Assembly (NCBI RefSeq): GCF_000195975.1
Contig: NC_005070.1
Location: 1,710,001-1,742,000, forward strand
DNA from: Parasynechococcus marenigrum WH 8102
GTDB taxonomy: Bacteria; Cyanobacteriota; Cyanobacteriia; PCC-6307; Cyanobiaceae
Length of the DNA stretch: 32,000 bases
Direction: 5' to 3'
Positions 1-7,764 of the stretch are shown here, piece by piece. The notes beneath the pieces were generated by a model. It did not search any database. It had not been told where the DNA came from and worked only from the letters and a program-made list of their open reading frames with translations. Position 1 is the first letter of the stretch. Every line of letters begins with the position of its first letter. Made by a program: the position numbers and the translations under genes.

Positions 1-1955
1 GGCACGAGCGCCGCCTCCCGCCGCAGCTGCACCTCCTGGGCCAGGAAAGCCTCATACCGGCCATCCACCAGGTGGCGAATCACGGGATGGTCAGGGCAGT
101 AGGTCTGCACCAGCACCTGACCGGGGCGTTCGCCCCGCCCAGCACGACCCGCCAGCTGCATCAGCAATTGCAGAGCCTGTTCTGAGGCCCGTAGATCGGG
201 ACGGTGCAACAGGCCATCCGCCGCCAGCACCGCCGCCAGCGTCACCTGGGGAAGGTCCATGCCCTTAGCCAACATCTGGGTTCCGATCAACACATCCGCC
301 TTGCCGGAGGCAAAACGATCCAGCAAGCGACGGTGTCCGTCACGACCACCGGTGGAGTCACGGTCGAACCGGAGCAGCCGCAGCCCATCCAATTCCTCAT
401 TGAGCAACTCCATGACCTTCTGGGTTCCGGCACCGAAGGGCTTGAAGGCGGTGGACCCGCAATGGGCGCAACGGTTGCCGATCTCATCTCGGTGATCACA
501 CCAGTGACAACGCAGCCACTGACGACCACCGGAACCGCGGTGGACCGTGAGCGCCACATCACAGTTCGGGCACATCACCACCTCCCCACAACTACGGCAC
601 CCCAAAAAAGGGCTGTAGCCCCGTCGTGGCACGAGGATCACCGCCTGTTCCCCCTTCTCCGGCAGCTCGGCCAATCGATCCATCAGCGGACGACTGATCA
701 GTCGACGGTGTCCTTCGGCGAGCTCATGCCGCATGTCCACCACATGGACAGGAGGCAGAGACTGCTGGGAGATCCGCTGAGTCAGACGTCCCAGACGCAG
801 GGGCCCATCGGGATGCAGTTGCACCCAGCTGTCCAGTGATGGGGTGGCGCTGCCGAGCACCAGGCGCCCACCACCGGCACGAATCCGATCCCAAGCCAGG
901 TCCCTGGCGTGGTAGCAGGGCATCGGTGCGGCCTGTTTATATGAGCTGTCGTGTTCCTCATCCAGCACCACCAACCCCAGTGGCGAGAGGGGAATGAACA
1001 CTGCTGAGCGTGTTCCCACCACCAGCAGAGGCTGCTCGGGCGCGAGGCAGCGGCGCCACACCTGGAGGCGCTCTCGATCCCGGCAACCGCTGTGATATTC
1101 GAGAACCCTGGAGCCGAAGCGACGTCGGCAACGATCCACCAACTGAGGAATCAGGCCGATTTCAGGGGTGAGGATCAACACGTGACGGCCGGCCGCCAAC
1201 TCCTTCTCCGCCAACTGCAGGTATACCTCGGTCTTGCCCGACCCGGTGATGCCCCAAAGCAGCATCCCCTCTCCATCGGGAACGGCCTCAAAGCGCTGCA
1301 TCACCTGCTGCTGCTCGCTGGTGAGGGGCCGAGCGGCCTCCAGTGGGGCAACAGACATCACCCCTGTGGAGAGGGGACGCCGATCCCGGCGCACCCAGCC
1401 TTTTGTCTCCAAGACCCGGACCATGGATGGGCTGAAGCCCGAGGCTTCCAGCGAGCGCTGCCACAGTCCCGACCCCGCAACATCCAGCGCATTCAGGAGT
1501 TGCTGCTGGCGGGACGTGAGAGGCGGAGCGGGCACGGGTGGCTGCAACCGCTCCACCCACAACAGGGCACGACCTTCAGACAGGGTCCGGGCCTGGCCCA
1601 GCCAACCGGCGGGTAGGGCTGCTTTCAGCATCCGGAACACACTGAGATGGCAGCGTTCAGCCACACCCTCAAGCCAGAGGCGCCACTGGGGGTCAACGGC
1701 AGCTTGCTGCACCAGGCCTTCAACCGCCTGAACCTTGTCCGGCACTGTGGCCCCCAAGGACACGTTGTATCTGGCAACCACCAATCCATGCAGAGGGCGT
1801 CCCCTCAGCCGCACCTGCACCAGATCGCCGGCCTGCAATCCAAGTGCTGCATCGGCGCTGTAGGTGAAGGTCCTGCCCTCACGCCCAGCCTCAAGCCAGA
1901 CCTCAACGAGATCAGGAGGCTTTTCGGAGGGGTTGCAAAGGCCTGAAAACTTCAT
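1..1955 (-). CDS. priA: Primosomal protein N' / replication-restart helicase PriA. The 3' end runs off the window edge.
   Basis: Minus-strand frame is open from the ATG at 1955 to position 1, so it is absent from the ORF track (no stop in window). My translation starts MKFSGLCNPSEKPPDLVEVWLEAGREGRTFTYS. It contains Walker A LWGITGSGKT (about 1231-1260), the Cys-rich zinc-binding block CRSCGEVVMCPNCDVALTVH...CHWCDH...CAHCGS (about 470-600) and C-terminal VIRHLVDGRYEAFLAQE. Confidence 0.9.
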   Translation of the reverse strand, partial: MKFSGLCNPSEKPPDLVEVWLEAGREGRTFTYSADAALGLQAGDLVQVRLRGRPLHGLVVARYNVSLGATVPDKVQAVEGLVQQAAVDPQWRLWLEGVAERCHLSVFRMLKAALPAGWLGQARTLSEGRALLWVERLQPPVPAPPLTSRQQQLLNALDVAGSGLWQRSLEASGFSPSMVRVLETKGWVRRDRRPLSTGVMSVAPLEAARPLTSEQQQVMQRFEAVPDGEGMLLWGITGSGKTEVYLQLAEKELAAGRHVLILTPEIGLIPQLVDRCRRRFGSRVLEYHSGCRDRERLQVWRRCLAPEQPLLVVGTRSAVFIPLSPLGLVVLDEEHDSSYKQAAPMPCYHARDLAWDRIRAGGGRLVLGSATPSLDSWVQLHPDGPLRLGRLTQRISQQSLPPVHVVDMRHELAEGHRRLISRPLMDRLAELPEKGEQAVILVPRRGYSPFLGCRSCGEVVMCPNCDVALTVHRGSGGRQWLRCHWCDHRDEIGNRCAHCGSTAFKPFGAGTQKVMELLNEELDGLRLLRFDRDSTGGRDGHRRLLDRFASGKADVLIGTQMLAKGMDLPQVTLAAVLAADGLLHRPDLRASEQALQLLMQLAGRAGRGERPGQVLVQTYCPDHPVIRHLVDGRYEAFLAQEVQLRREAALV

Positions 1956-2269
1956 TAAAGTAGGAATGTTGACTACGTATTGGTCAACGCTGCGCTCGAT
2001 CCAGCGGGAAGACACGCAGTCTGAAGCCAGGACCTATGGCCTGCCACTTCGACCGGTCTGAGACCACCCCTGACAGCACAGAATCCTGATCCAAGAGACC
2101 CCATCAGCGGTCACCTCCACAGCTTTCCATTGATCACGAGCGACGTCCTTTATCGCGGCACTGCCGTCGAGATTTAAATCGCTTTGACTTGCTCAGGTGT
2201 CTCGTGTGCACGGGACTCCAGTGGAATTGGTGCTGTTTTTGATCTTCCCCTCTTCACGCTTCATCGACC

Positions 2270-3685
2270 ATGAGCCCTGCCGCCACCAAAACCGCCCAGC
2301 CGGACATCGTTCTGCTGGCCAACTCCGAGGGAGAGGTGAGGGAGGTCAAGTCAAACGCTGAAACCAAGAAGGCTCCGGCCCGACGTCGCAGCAGCAAGGC
2401 CAGCGCCAAGGATCTGACGGCAGCAGCCGACGAGCTTCTGTCCGCCGCCGACCCCAAGAAGGCTGAGGCCGGCAAAACAAAAGCCAAAGCAGCTCCGAAG
2501 GCCAGCACGAAAAAGACCACGGCCAAGGCAGCAACAGCCAAGAAACCTGCTGCCAAGAAAGCCTCAGCAAAGAAAGCCAGCAGCAAGACCAGCGCTGAGA
2601 CTGATGCGGCACCAGCCAAGGCTGTGGTGGCCAAGCCTGAGATCGTGCTGTCTCCAGAGGAGAAAGCCAAAGCCATTGCCGCTGAGAAGGCAGCGAAGGC
2701 CAAGGCGCTGGCCAGCATCAAGATCGGCCCGAAGGGTGTCTACACTGAAGACTCCATTCGGGTATACCTCCAGGAAATCGGCCGTATCCGCCTGCTCCGG
2801 CCCGACGAGGAGATTGAGCTGGCTCGGAAAATCGCCGATCTGCTCCACCTTGAAGAGCTCGCCGCTCAATTCGAGAGCGACAACGGCCGGGAACCCGACA
2901 AGAAGGAATGGGCGGCTCTGGTGGAGATGCCCCTGATCCGCTTCCGTCGGCGCCTGATGCTCGGACGTCGGGCCAAGGAAAAGATGGTGCAGTCCAACCT
3001 GCGCCTGGTGGTGTCCATCGCCAAGAAGTACATGAACCGGGGCTTGAGCTTCCAGGACCTGATCCAGGAGGGCAGCCTCGGCCTGATTCGCGCCGCCGAG
3101 AAGTTTGATCACGAGAAGGGCTACAAGTTCTCCACTTACGCAACCTGGTGGATCCGTCAGGCCATCACCCGTGCCATCGCGGATCAATCACGCACCATTC
3201 GCCTGCCGGTGCACCTTTACGAGACGATTTCCCGGATCAAGAAAACCACCAAGGTTCTCTCCCAGGAATTCGGTCGTAAGCCTACCGAGGAAGAGATTGC
3301 TGAATCGATGGAGATGACTATCGAGAAGCTGCGCTTCATTGCCAAGAGTGCCCAGTTGCCCATCTCCCTGGAAACCCCCATCGGCAAGGAAGAGGACTCC
3401 CGCCTCGGAGACTTCATCGAAGCCGACATTGAGAATCCTGAGCAGGACGTGGCCAAGAATCTTCTTCGTGAAGATCTCGAAGGAGTCCTTGCCACCCTCA
3501 GCCCCCGCGAACGGGATGTGCTGCGGCTGCGCTACGGCCTGGATGACGGACGGATGAAGACCCTCGAAGAGATCGGTCAGATCTTCGATGTAACCCGCGA
3601 ACGTATCCGCCAGATCGAAGCCAAGGCCCTGCGCAAACTGCGCCACCCCAACCGCAACGGTGTTCTCAAGGAGTACATCAAGTAA
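2270..3685 (+). CDS. rpoD: Primary (group 1) RNA polymerase sigma factor SigA/RpoD with a long Lys/Ala-rich N-terminal extension
   Basis: 471-aa ORF. Region 2 reads [72 protein letters not shown]. Region 4 reads [27 protein letters not shown]. Confidence 0.95.
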   Translation: MSPAATKTAQPDIVLLANSEGEVREVKSNAETKKAPARRRSSKASAKDLTAAADELLSAADPKKAEAGKTKAKAAPKASTKKTTAKAATAKKPAAKKASAKKASSKTSAETDAAPAKAVVAKPEIVLSPEEKAKAIAAEKAAKAKALASIKIGPKGVYTEDSIRVYLQEIGRIRLLRPDEEIELARKIADLLHLEELAAQFESDNGREPDKKEWAALVEMPLIRFRRRLMLGRRAKEKMVQSNLRLVVSIAKKYMNRGLSFQDLIQEGSLGLIRAAEKFDHEKGYKFSTYATWWIRQAITRAIADQSRTIRLPVHLYETISRIKKTTKVLSQEFGRKPTEEEIAESMEMTIEKLRFIAKSAQLPISLETPIGKEEDSRLGDFIEADIENPEQDVAKNLLREDLEGVLATLSPRERDVLRLRYGLDDGRMKTLEEIGQIFDVTRERIRQIEAKALRKLRHPNRNGVLKEYIK

Positions 3686-3688
3686 GTC

Positions 3689-3716
3689 GGGATGGAGCCC
3701 ATCAGGGTTCCATCCC
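3689..3716. other. Strong hairpin 4 nt after the rpoD stop: 12-bp stem including one G-U pair, tetraloop ATCA, no U-tract
   Basis: gggatggagccc / atca / gggttccatccc read directly from the sequence. It sits between the convergent rpoD and the candidate mini-ORF at 3702..3782. Confidence 0.5.
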
Positions 3717-3782
3717 CGGTAGCAACTTCACCAGTAGCCAGACGCAGAGGATGATCGCCACAAGGACATAGGCCTCGTTCAT
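3702..3782 (-). CDS. Candidate 26-aa hydrophobic mini-protein (MNEAYVLVAIILCVWLLVKLLPGMEP)
   Basis: ATG at 3782 and TGA at 3704..3702 inside the hairpin loop. GGGGA lies about 12 nt upstream of the ATG. One predicted TM helix. Below the size cutoff of the ORF track and no homology recognised. Confidence 0.25.
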   Translation of the reverse strand: MNEAYVLVAIILCVWLLVKLLPGMEP

Positions 3783-3877
3783 TGCACGTCCCCAAGCAAT
3801 CAAAGTCTGGCAGAGCGATCCTTATCACATAAGTACATCTGCACCTACCTTTGCTCCCCTTGCCGCCTTATAAGGGT

Positions 3878-3945
3878 GAAGAGGGAATTGAGACGCCCTC
3901 CTCACACGGAAGAGATCGAACCCTGGCTGAAACCGGGGTTTTTTT
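3878..3945 (+). ncRNA. Candidate small RNA or structured rpoD 3' UTR element carrying a Yfr1-like CUCCUCACAC motif
   Basis: Stem-loop 3878-3903 (gaagaggg / ccctcctc, one mismatch). Motif CCCTCCTCACAC at 3896-3907. Terminator hairpin plus T7 at 3919-3945. TATAAG (3869-3874) lies just upstream. Confidence 0.35.
3919..3945 (+). terminator. Rho-independent terminator (plus strand)
   Basis: aaccctgg ctgaaa ccggggtt followed by a T-run at 3939-3945. Orientation fits only plus-strand transcripts. Confidence 0.55.
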
Positions 3946-3990
3946 CTAGATCAAACGGCGTTACAGACGGGCAGCAAGATCAAGCGCGGC

Positions 3991-4467
3991 TTAACCCTCA
4001 AAACTCTCCGTAAATTCCTGAAACGCGCGTTTCAGGCGCTCCACCGGTGTTTCCTCCAGGGGACACTCCTGGGAGGTCTGGGTTGCATAAGCCTGCAGCA
4101 GGAGGCCATCGGGTTCAAGCACTGAGGCCACCGCATGCTTGAACAACACCAGGTTGCTCTGGGGAGTGAGACCATTAAGAAAAGGGGTCAAGGTGAAGCC
4201 CTCAGCCTCGCTGTCGCAGCCAAGCACCCGCCTGGGGCGAATCAATTGATAAGCAGGCTGACCGTCTCCATCGGTGGTGATGCGCAACCGTGCCATGAGC
4301 AACTCACCACTGCTCAAAAGGAGAAGGCGAATGGTGCCCTCCGACATCAGAGGCAACTGGGGCTCGTCCGACGACCCACCTGTCACGGAGGACGAACTCG
4401 ACAACGTGGTCTGACGTACACCGTTCACAACTGGACCTGGCATACATCGACGAGCTGGTGGTGACAA
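3991..4467 (-). CDS. Hypothetical protein. A shorter form starting at the internal ATG at 4347 (MSEGTIRLLLL...) is equally possible.
   Basis: 158-aa ORF that fills the gap between rpoD and hemC. GC3-rich codon pattern. No motif recognised. Confidence 0.55.
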   Translation of the reverse strand: MSPPARRCMPGPVVNGVRQTTLSSSSSVTGGSSDEPQLPLMSEGTIRLLLLSSGELLMARLRITTDGDGQPAYQLIRPRRVLGCDSEAEGFTLTPFLNGLTPQSNLVLFKHAVASVLEPDGLLLQAYATQTSQECPLEETPVERLKRAFQEFTESFEG

Positions 4468-4570
4468 TGTTACGCAGTCTTCACAGAACCACGATCCACC
4501 GCAGCTGCTTCACATTCGCAGATCCGACAGGCCTCGAGTCCGTAATCTGGGCGGCTGATTAGCACTCTCC

Positions 4571-5524
4571 ATGGCTCTCACCGAACTGCGCATCGCCTCA
4601 CGTCGCAGTCAGCTGGCGATGGTGCAGACCAACTGGGTGAAGGCGGAATTGGAGAAGGCCCACCCTGGACTCACCATCACGGTGGAGGCGATGGCCACGC
4701 AGGGGGACAAGATCCTGGATGTGGCCCTGGCCAAGATTGGCGACAAGGGCTTATTCACCAAGGAACTGGAAGCGCAGATGCTGGTGGGACGCGCGGAGAT
4801 CGCCGTCCATTCTCTGAAGGATCTGCCCACCAACCTGCCTGAAGGCCTGATGCTGGGCTGCATCACTGAACGGGAAGATCCAGCTGATGCTCTGGTGGTG
4901 AATGCGAAAAATGCCAACCACAAACTCGACACCCTGCCGGAGGGTGCCGTGGTGGGCACCAGCTCCCTGCGCCGGCTGGCCCAGCTGCGGCATCACTACC
5001 CACATCTGAGCTTCAAGGACGTTCGCGGCAACGTGATCACGCGCCTGGAGAAGCTCGACTCAGGCGATTACGACTGCTTGATCCTGGCGGCAGCAGGCTT
5101 GGAGCGCCTGGGATTCGGCAACCGGATCCACCAGATCATCCCGGGTGACATCTCTCTTCATGCCGTTGGCCAGGGCGCCCTCGGCATCGAATGCGTGGAA
5201 GACAAGCCAGAGGTTCTGGAAATCATCAAGGTGCTGGAGCACACCACCACCTCACGCCGCTGTCTGGCGGAACGCGCCTTCCTGCGAGAGCTGGAGGGGG
5301 GCTGCCAGGTGCCGATCGGTGTCAACAGCCAGATCAACAATGAAGAACTCACCCTCACGGGCATGGTGGCCAGCCTGGATGGCAAGCGCCTGATCCGCGA
5401 TGAGGCCAGTGGTTCCGCTGCTGACCCCGAGTCCATTGGCATCGAGCTGGCTGGCAAACTCAAGCACCAGGGTGCGGGAGCCATCCTCAAGGAAATCTTT
5501 GATGAGGTCCGTCCTGAGGCCTGA
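4571..5524 (+). CDS. hemC: Porphobilinogen deaminase (hydroxymethylbilane synthase)
   Basis: 317 aa. [71 protein letters not shown]. Confidence 0.95.
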   Translation: MALTELRIASRRSQLAMVQTNWVKAELEKAHPGLTITVEAMATQGDKILDVALAKIGDKGLFTKELEAQMLVGRAEIAVHSLKDLPTNLPEGLMLGCITEREDPADALVVNAKNANHKLDTLPEGAVVGTSSLRRLAQLRHHYPHLSFKDVRGNVITRLEKLDSGDYDCLILAAAGLERLGFGNRIHQIIPGDISLHAVGQGALGIECVEDKPEVLEIIKVLEHTTTSRRCLAERAFLRELEGGCQVPIGVNSQINNEELTLTGMVASLDGKRLIRDEASGSAADPESIGIELAGKLKHQGAGAILKEIFDEVRPEA

Positions 5525-6013
5525 TCAGCTCTGAATGCGCAGAGGTGTCCCCTCCTCAACAACATCGAACAGCTCTCGAATGTGAGCGTTCAGCATGCGT
5601 ACACACCCAAGGCTGACGGCAGCTCTGCTCCGGACCCAATGAGGCCAAGGGGTCCCATGGATTCCTTAGTCACGGCGACCGTCGTGATGGAAACCGATGT
5701 AACGATCGCCGATAGGGCTGGATGCTCCCATCAGCTCGCGCCGCTGTCCGCCCTTGATGGAGAGGTACACGGGATTGACCTGTTTCGACACGATGGTGAA
5801 TGTTCCCTTCGGGGTCGGCGTCTGGGCATCACCAATGGCGACAGGCCAGGGACCCAGGCGTTGACCGGCACGGATCACACTGATCTGCCGACGCCCCAGA
5901 TCCAGAACGATCCTGATGTCGGTTGACGTCCGCAGCGCCAGCTCCTGCGCAGCTCCAGGCGCCATCAAGACCATGGGAAGAAACAGTCCAAAGACAACAG
6001 CTACACATCGCAT
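5525..6013 (-). pseudogene. YkuD-family L,D-transpeptidase interrupted by an in-frame TAA (5666-5668)
   Basis: The track ORF 5666..6013 has a signal peptide (MRCVAVVFGLFLPMVLMAPGAAQE) and ends ...GDRYIGFHHDGRRD*. The same frame then continues GIHGTPWPHWVRSRAAVSLGCVRMLNAHIRELFDVVEEGTPLRIQS* to 5525. That is the catalytic His / Cys (GIHGT ... SxGCVRM) half of the YkuD domain. Confidence 0.75.
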
Positions 6014-6097
6014 CGAGACACGCGAGACTCGCTGGTCTCAAGCTATGTACGGCTGGTTGGTTCAGCCACACGGTTTTGTCCCGGTACGCTGCGTTCA

Positions 6098-6994
6098 ATG
6101 ACCACGCTGGCCGTACCCACCACAGCCGACAGTTCAGGCCTGCCGCGGTTGCTGGGAGGAACGGAGCGGGAGGCGGCCATGGACCGCCTGAGCGTTAGTT
6201 TCAACGCCCTTAGCAGCAGCAAGAGTGCCTTTCTGCGGGCAGCCTGGATCCTGCGACGCCAGGGGGTCCTGGTGGTGCGCCAGGCCGTTCCCCCTCAACC
6301 TCTCGAAGCCATCAATGCCGAGTTGAATCAACTGCTGGCGCAGTTGGACGCAGGGCAAACGAAACAACTGGCCTCCAACGCCATCCTCAATCTGCCGAAC
6401 AAGCGGCGAATCAAGGGGTACGAGAACTTCTTGGATGCTGATCAGGCCGTCATCAACCACCGGGTGAAACGGCCGGATGGCCGCAGCGGCAGCGATTCCG
6501 GCATGGTGGACATCTTCCACCCGGAACGGCTCAGCGAAGCTATGGCGCACTGGGTGTCGGCCTGCTTGCAGGAACGCCTGATCAGCCGACTGCTGCTGAC
6601 CTCATCGCTGCTGCCGATGCGGGTGAAGTGCCGCAACCTTTACGTGAACCGCGGCGTACAGGACACCCGGGGGTATCACTGCGATGGTCGATCGCAGAAG
6701 TTCAAGTCCTTTGTGTTCCTGACGGACGTTCGGGACCTCAGCGATGGCCCCTATTGCTACGTCCCGGCCACGCACCGGGATCGATGCTCCTGGAAACGCA
6801 GCCGCCAGTTCAATGAGGCCAATGGCCTCAACCGTCATGAATACAGCCAACTGGAGGGGCTTGAAGCGCTGCCGCTGCTGGCCAAGGCCGGAGACATGGT
6901 GATCTCCAGCCAGCGTGGTGCCCACCGCGGCCATCCCCAGCACCCGGATGCCAGGCGGGCGGTGCTGGTGAACATGTATCAGCGCTTGCCATGA
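6098..6994 (+). CDS. Fe(II)/2-oxoglutarate dioxygenase, phytanoyl-CoA dioxygenase (PhyH)-like
   Basis: 298 aa. HxD in GYHCDG and a distal His in RGAHRGH, an arrangement typical of the PhyH family. The start could instead be the internal Met (MDRLSV). Confidence 0.55.
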   Translation: MTTLAVPTTADSSGLPRLLGGTEREAAMDRLSVSFNALSSSKSAFLRAAWILRRQGVLVVRQAVPPQPLEAINAELNQLLAQLDAGQTKQLASNAILNLPNKRRIKGYENFLDADQAVINHRVKRPDGRSGSDSGMVDIFHPERLSEAMAHWVSACLQERLISRLLLTSSLLPMRVKCRNLYVNRGVQDTRGYHCDGRSQKFKSFVFLTDVRDLSDGPYCYVPATHRDRCSWKRSRQFNEANGLNRHEYSQLEGLEALPLLAKAGDMVISSQRGAHRGHPQHPDARRAVLVNMYQRLP

Positions 6995-7019
6995 AAAAGG
7001 CGGGGCCTTGCCCCGCCTT
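6994..7019 (-). terminator. Hairpin terminator between convergent genes, best oriented for ppa
   Basis: aaaaa ggcggggc ctt gccccgcc tt. Perfect 8-bp GC stem (10 bp with the flanking A-T pairs). On the minus strand it is followed by TTTTT. Confidence 0.7.
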
Positions 7020-7052
7020 GATCCCCTGAGGGTCAGTGGATCCTGTTGAGGA

Positions 7053-7640
7053 TCAGTCCACCAGCTTGGGGTCGATCTCGGCCATGTAGCGCGCTTCGCA
7101 GCCCTTGATGATCTCCACCGCTTTCTCGGTGCCGAAGAAACCGTTCACGCTGCAGGTGCCGGGCTTCTTGAGGTCCTTGTAGTGCTCCCAGTAGTAGGTG
7201 GTCTCCTTCTTCCAGTGCTCACCAAGGTCCTCGAAGCTCTTGATGTGATCCATACGCTTGTCGTCAGCAAGCACAGCAATCACCTTGTCGTCCACTTCTC
7301 CGCCGTCATCGAAGGTCATCACACCGATGATGCGGGCTTCAACGATGGAACCGGGAACCAACGGCTCGGTGACGTTGACGATTTCGATATCAAGGGGGTC
7401 ACCGTCTTCATCCCAGGTACGGGGAATGCAGCCGTAGGCGAAGGGGTAGGCCAGGGAGGAGTAACCGACACGATCCAGCTTGAGGTGGCCAGTTTCCGTG
7501 ATCAGCTCGTACTTGTTGATCGTATTGGAGTTGAGCTCCACGATCGTGTTGAGGCGAAGTTCGGCTTCATCAGCGAAGGCCGGCAGCACATGCAGCAGGT
7601 TGGGCATGCTGCGGCTGGGAGCCTGATCAAGGTTGGCCAT
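7053..7640 (-). CDS. ppa: Inorganic pyrophosphatase (family I)
   Basis: PPase signature DGDPLDI, then NKYEL...LKLDRV...YPFAYGCIPRTW. The start is taken at the internal ATG (MANLDQ...) rather than the track start at 7685. Confidence 0.9.
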   Translation of the reverse strand: MANLDQAPSRSMPNLLHVLPAFADEAELRLNTIVELNSNTINKYELITETGHLKLDRVGYSSLAYPFAYGCIPRTWDEDGDPLDIEIVNVTEPLVPGSIVEARIIGVMTFDDGGEVDDKVIAVLADDKRMDHIKSFEDLGEHWKKETTYYWEHYKDLKKPGTCSVNGFFGTEKAVEIIKGCEARYMAEIDPKLVD

Positions 7641-7764
7641 GGATGGCGGACGACAGCGCCGGGATCCTACGGGCAGCCAGACCAATCAATAAGGCAAAGC
7701 CCTGCTGGCACGAAATCTCACCTATTTTGGATCTATATCAACTCAATATCGTGCCGCACTGTAG

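Noticed and set aside
204-1946. Several plus-strand ORFs (204..839, 1092..1616, 1234..1731, 1647..1946)
   Set aside because: All lie antisense to the continuous priA frame on the minus strand, which carries the Walker A and Cys4 zinc-finger motifs.
1968-1988. Palindrome GTTGAC-N9-GTCAAC and a nearby GTA-N8-GAC in the priA/rpoD divergent region
   Set aside because: The arms are only 6 bp and it is not a match to the NtcA GTA-N8-TAC consensus. This is expected by chance at this scale. It remains a possible operator, but there is no supporting evidence.
3905-3930. tRNA T-arm-like string (gatcgaaccc; minus-strand GGGTTCGATC)
   Set aside because: No complementary T-stem, acceptor stem or anticodon arm can be drawn on either strand. 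It is better explained as a spacer plus the terminator stem.
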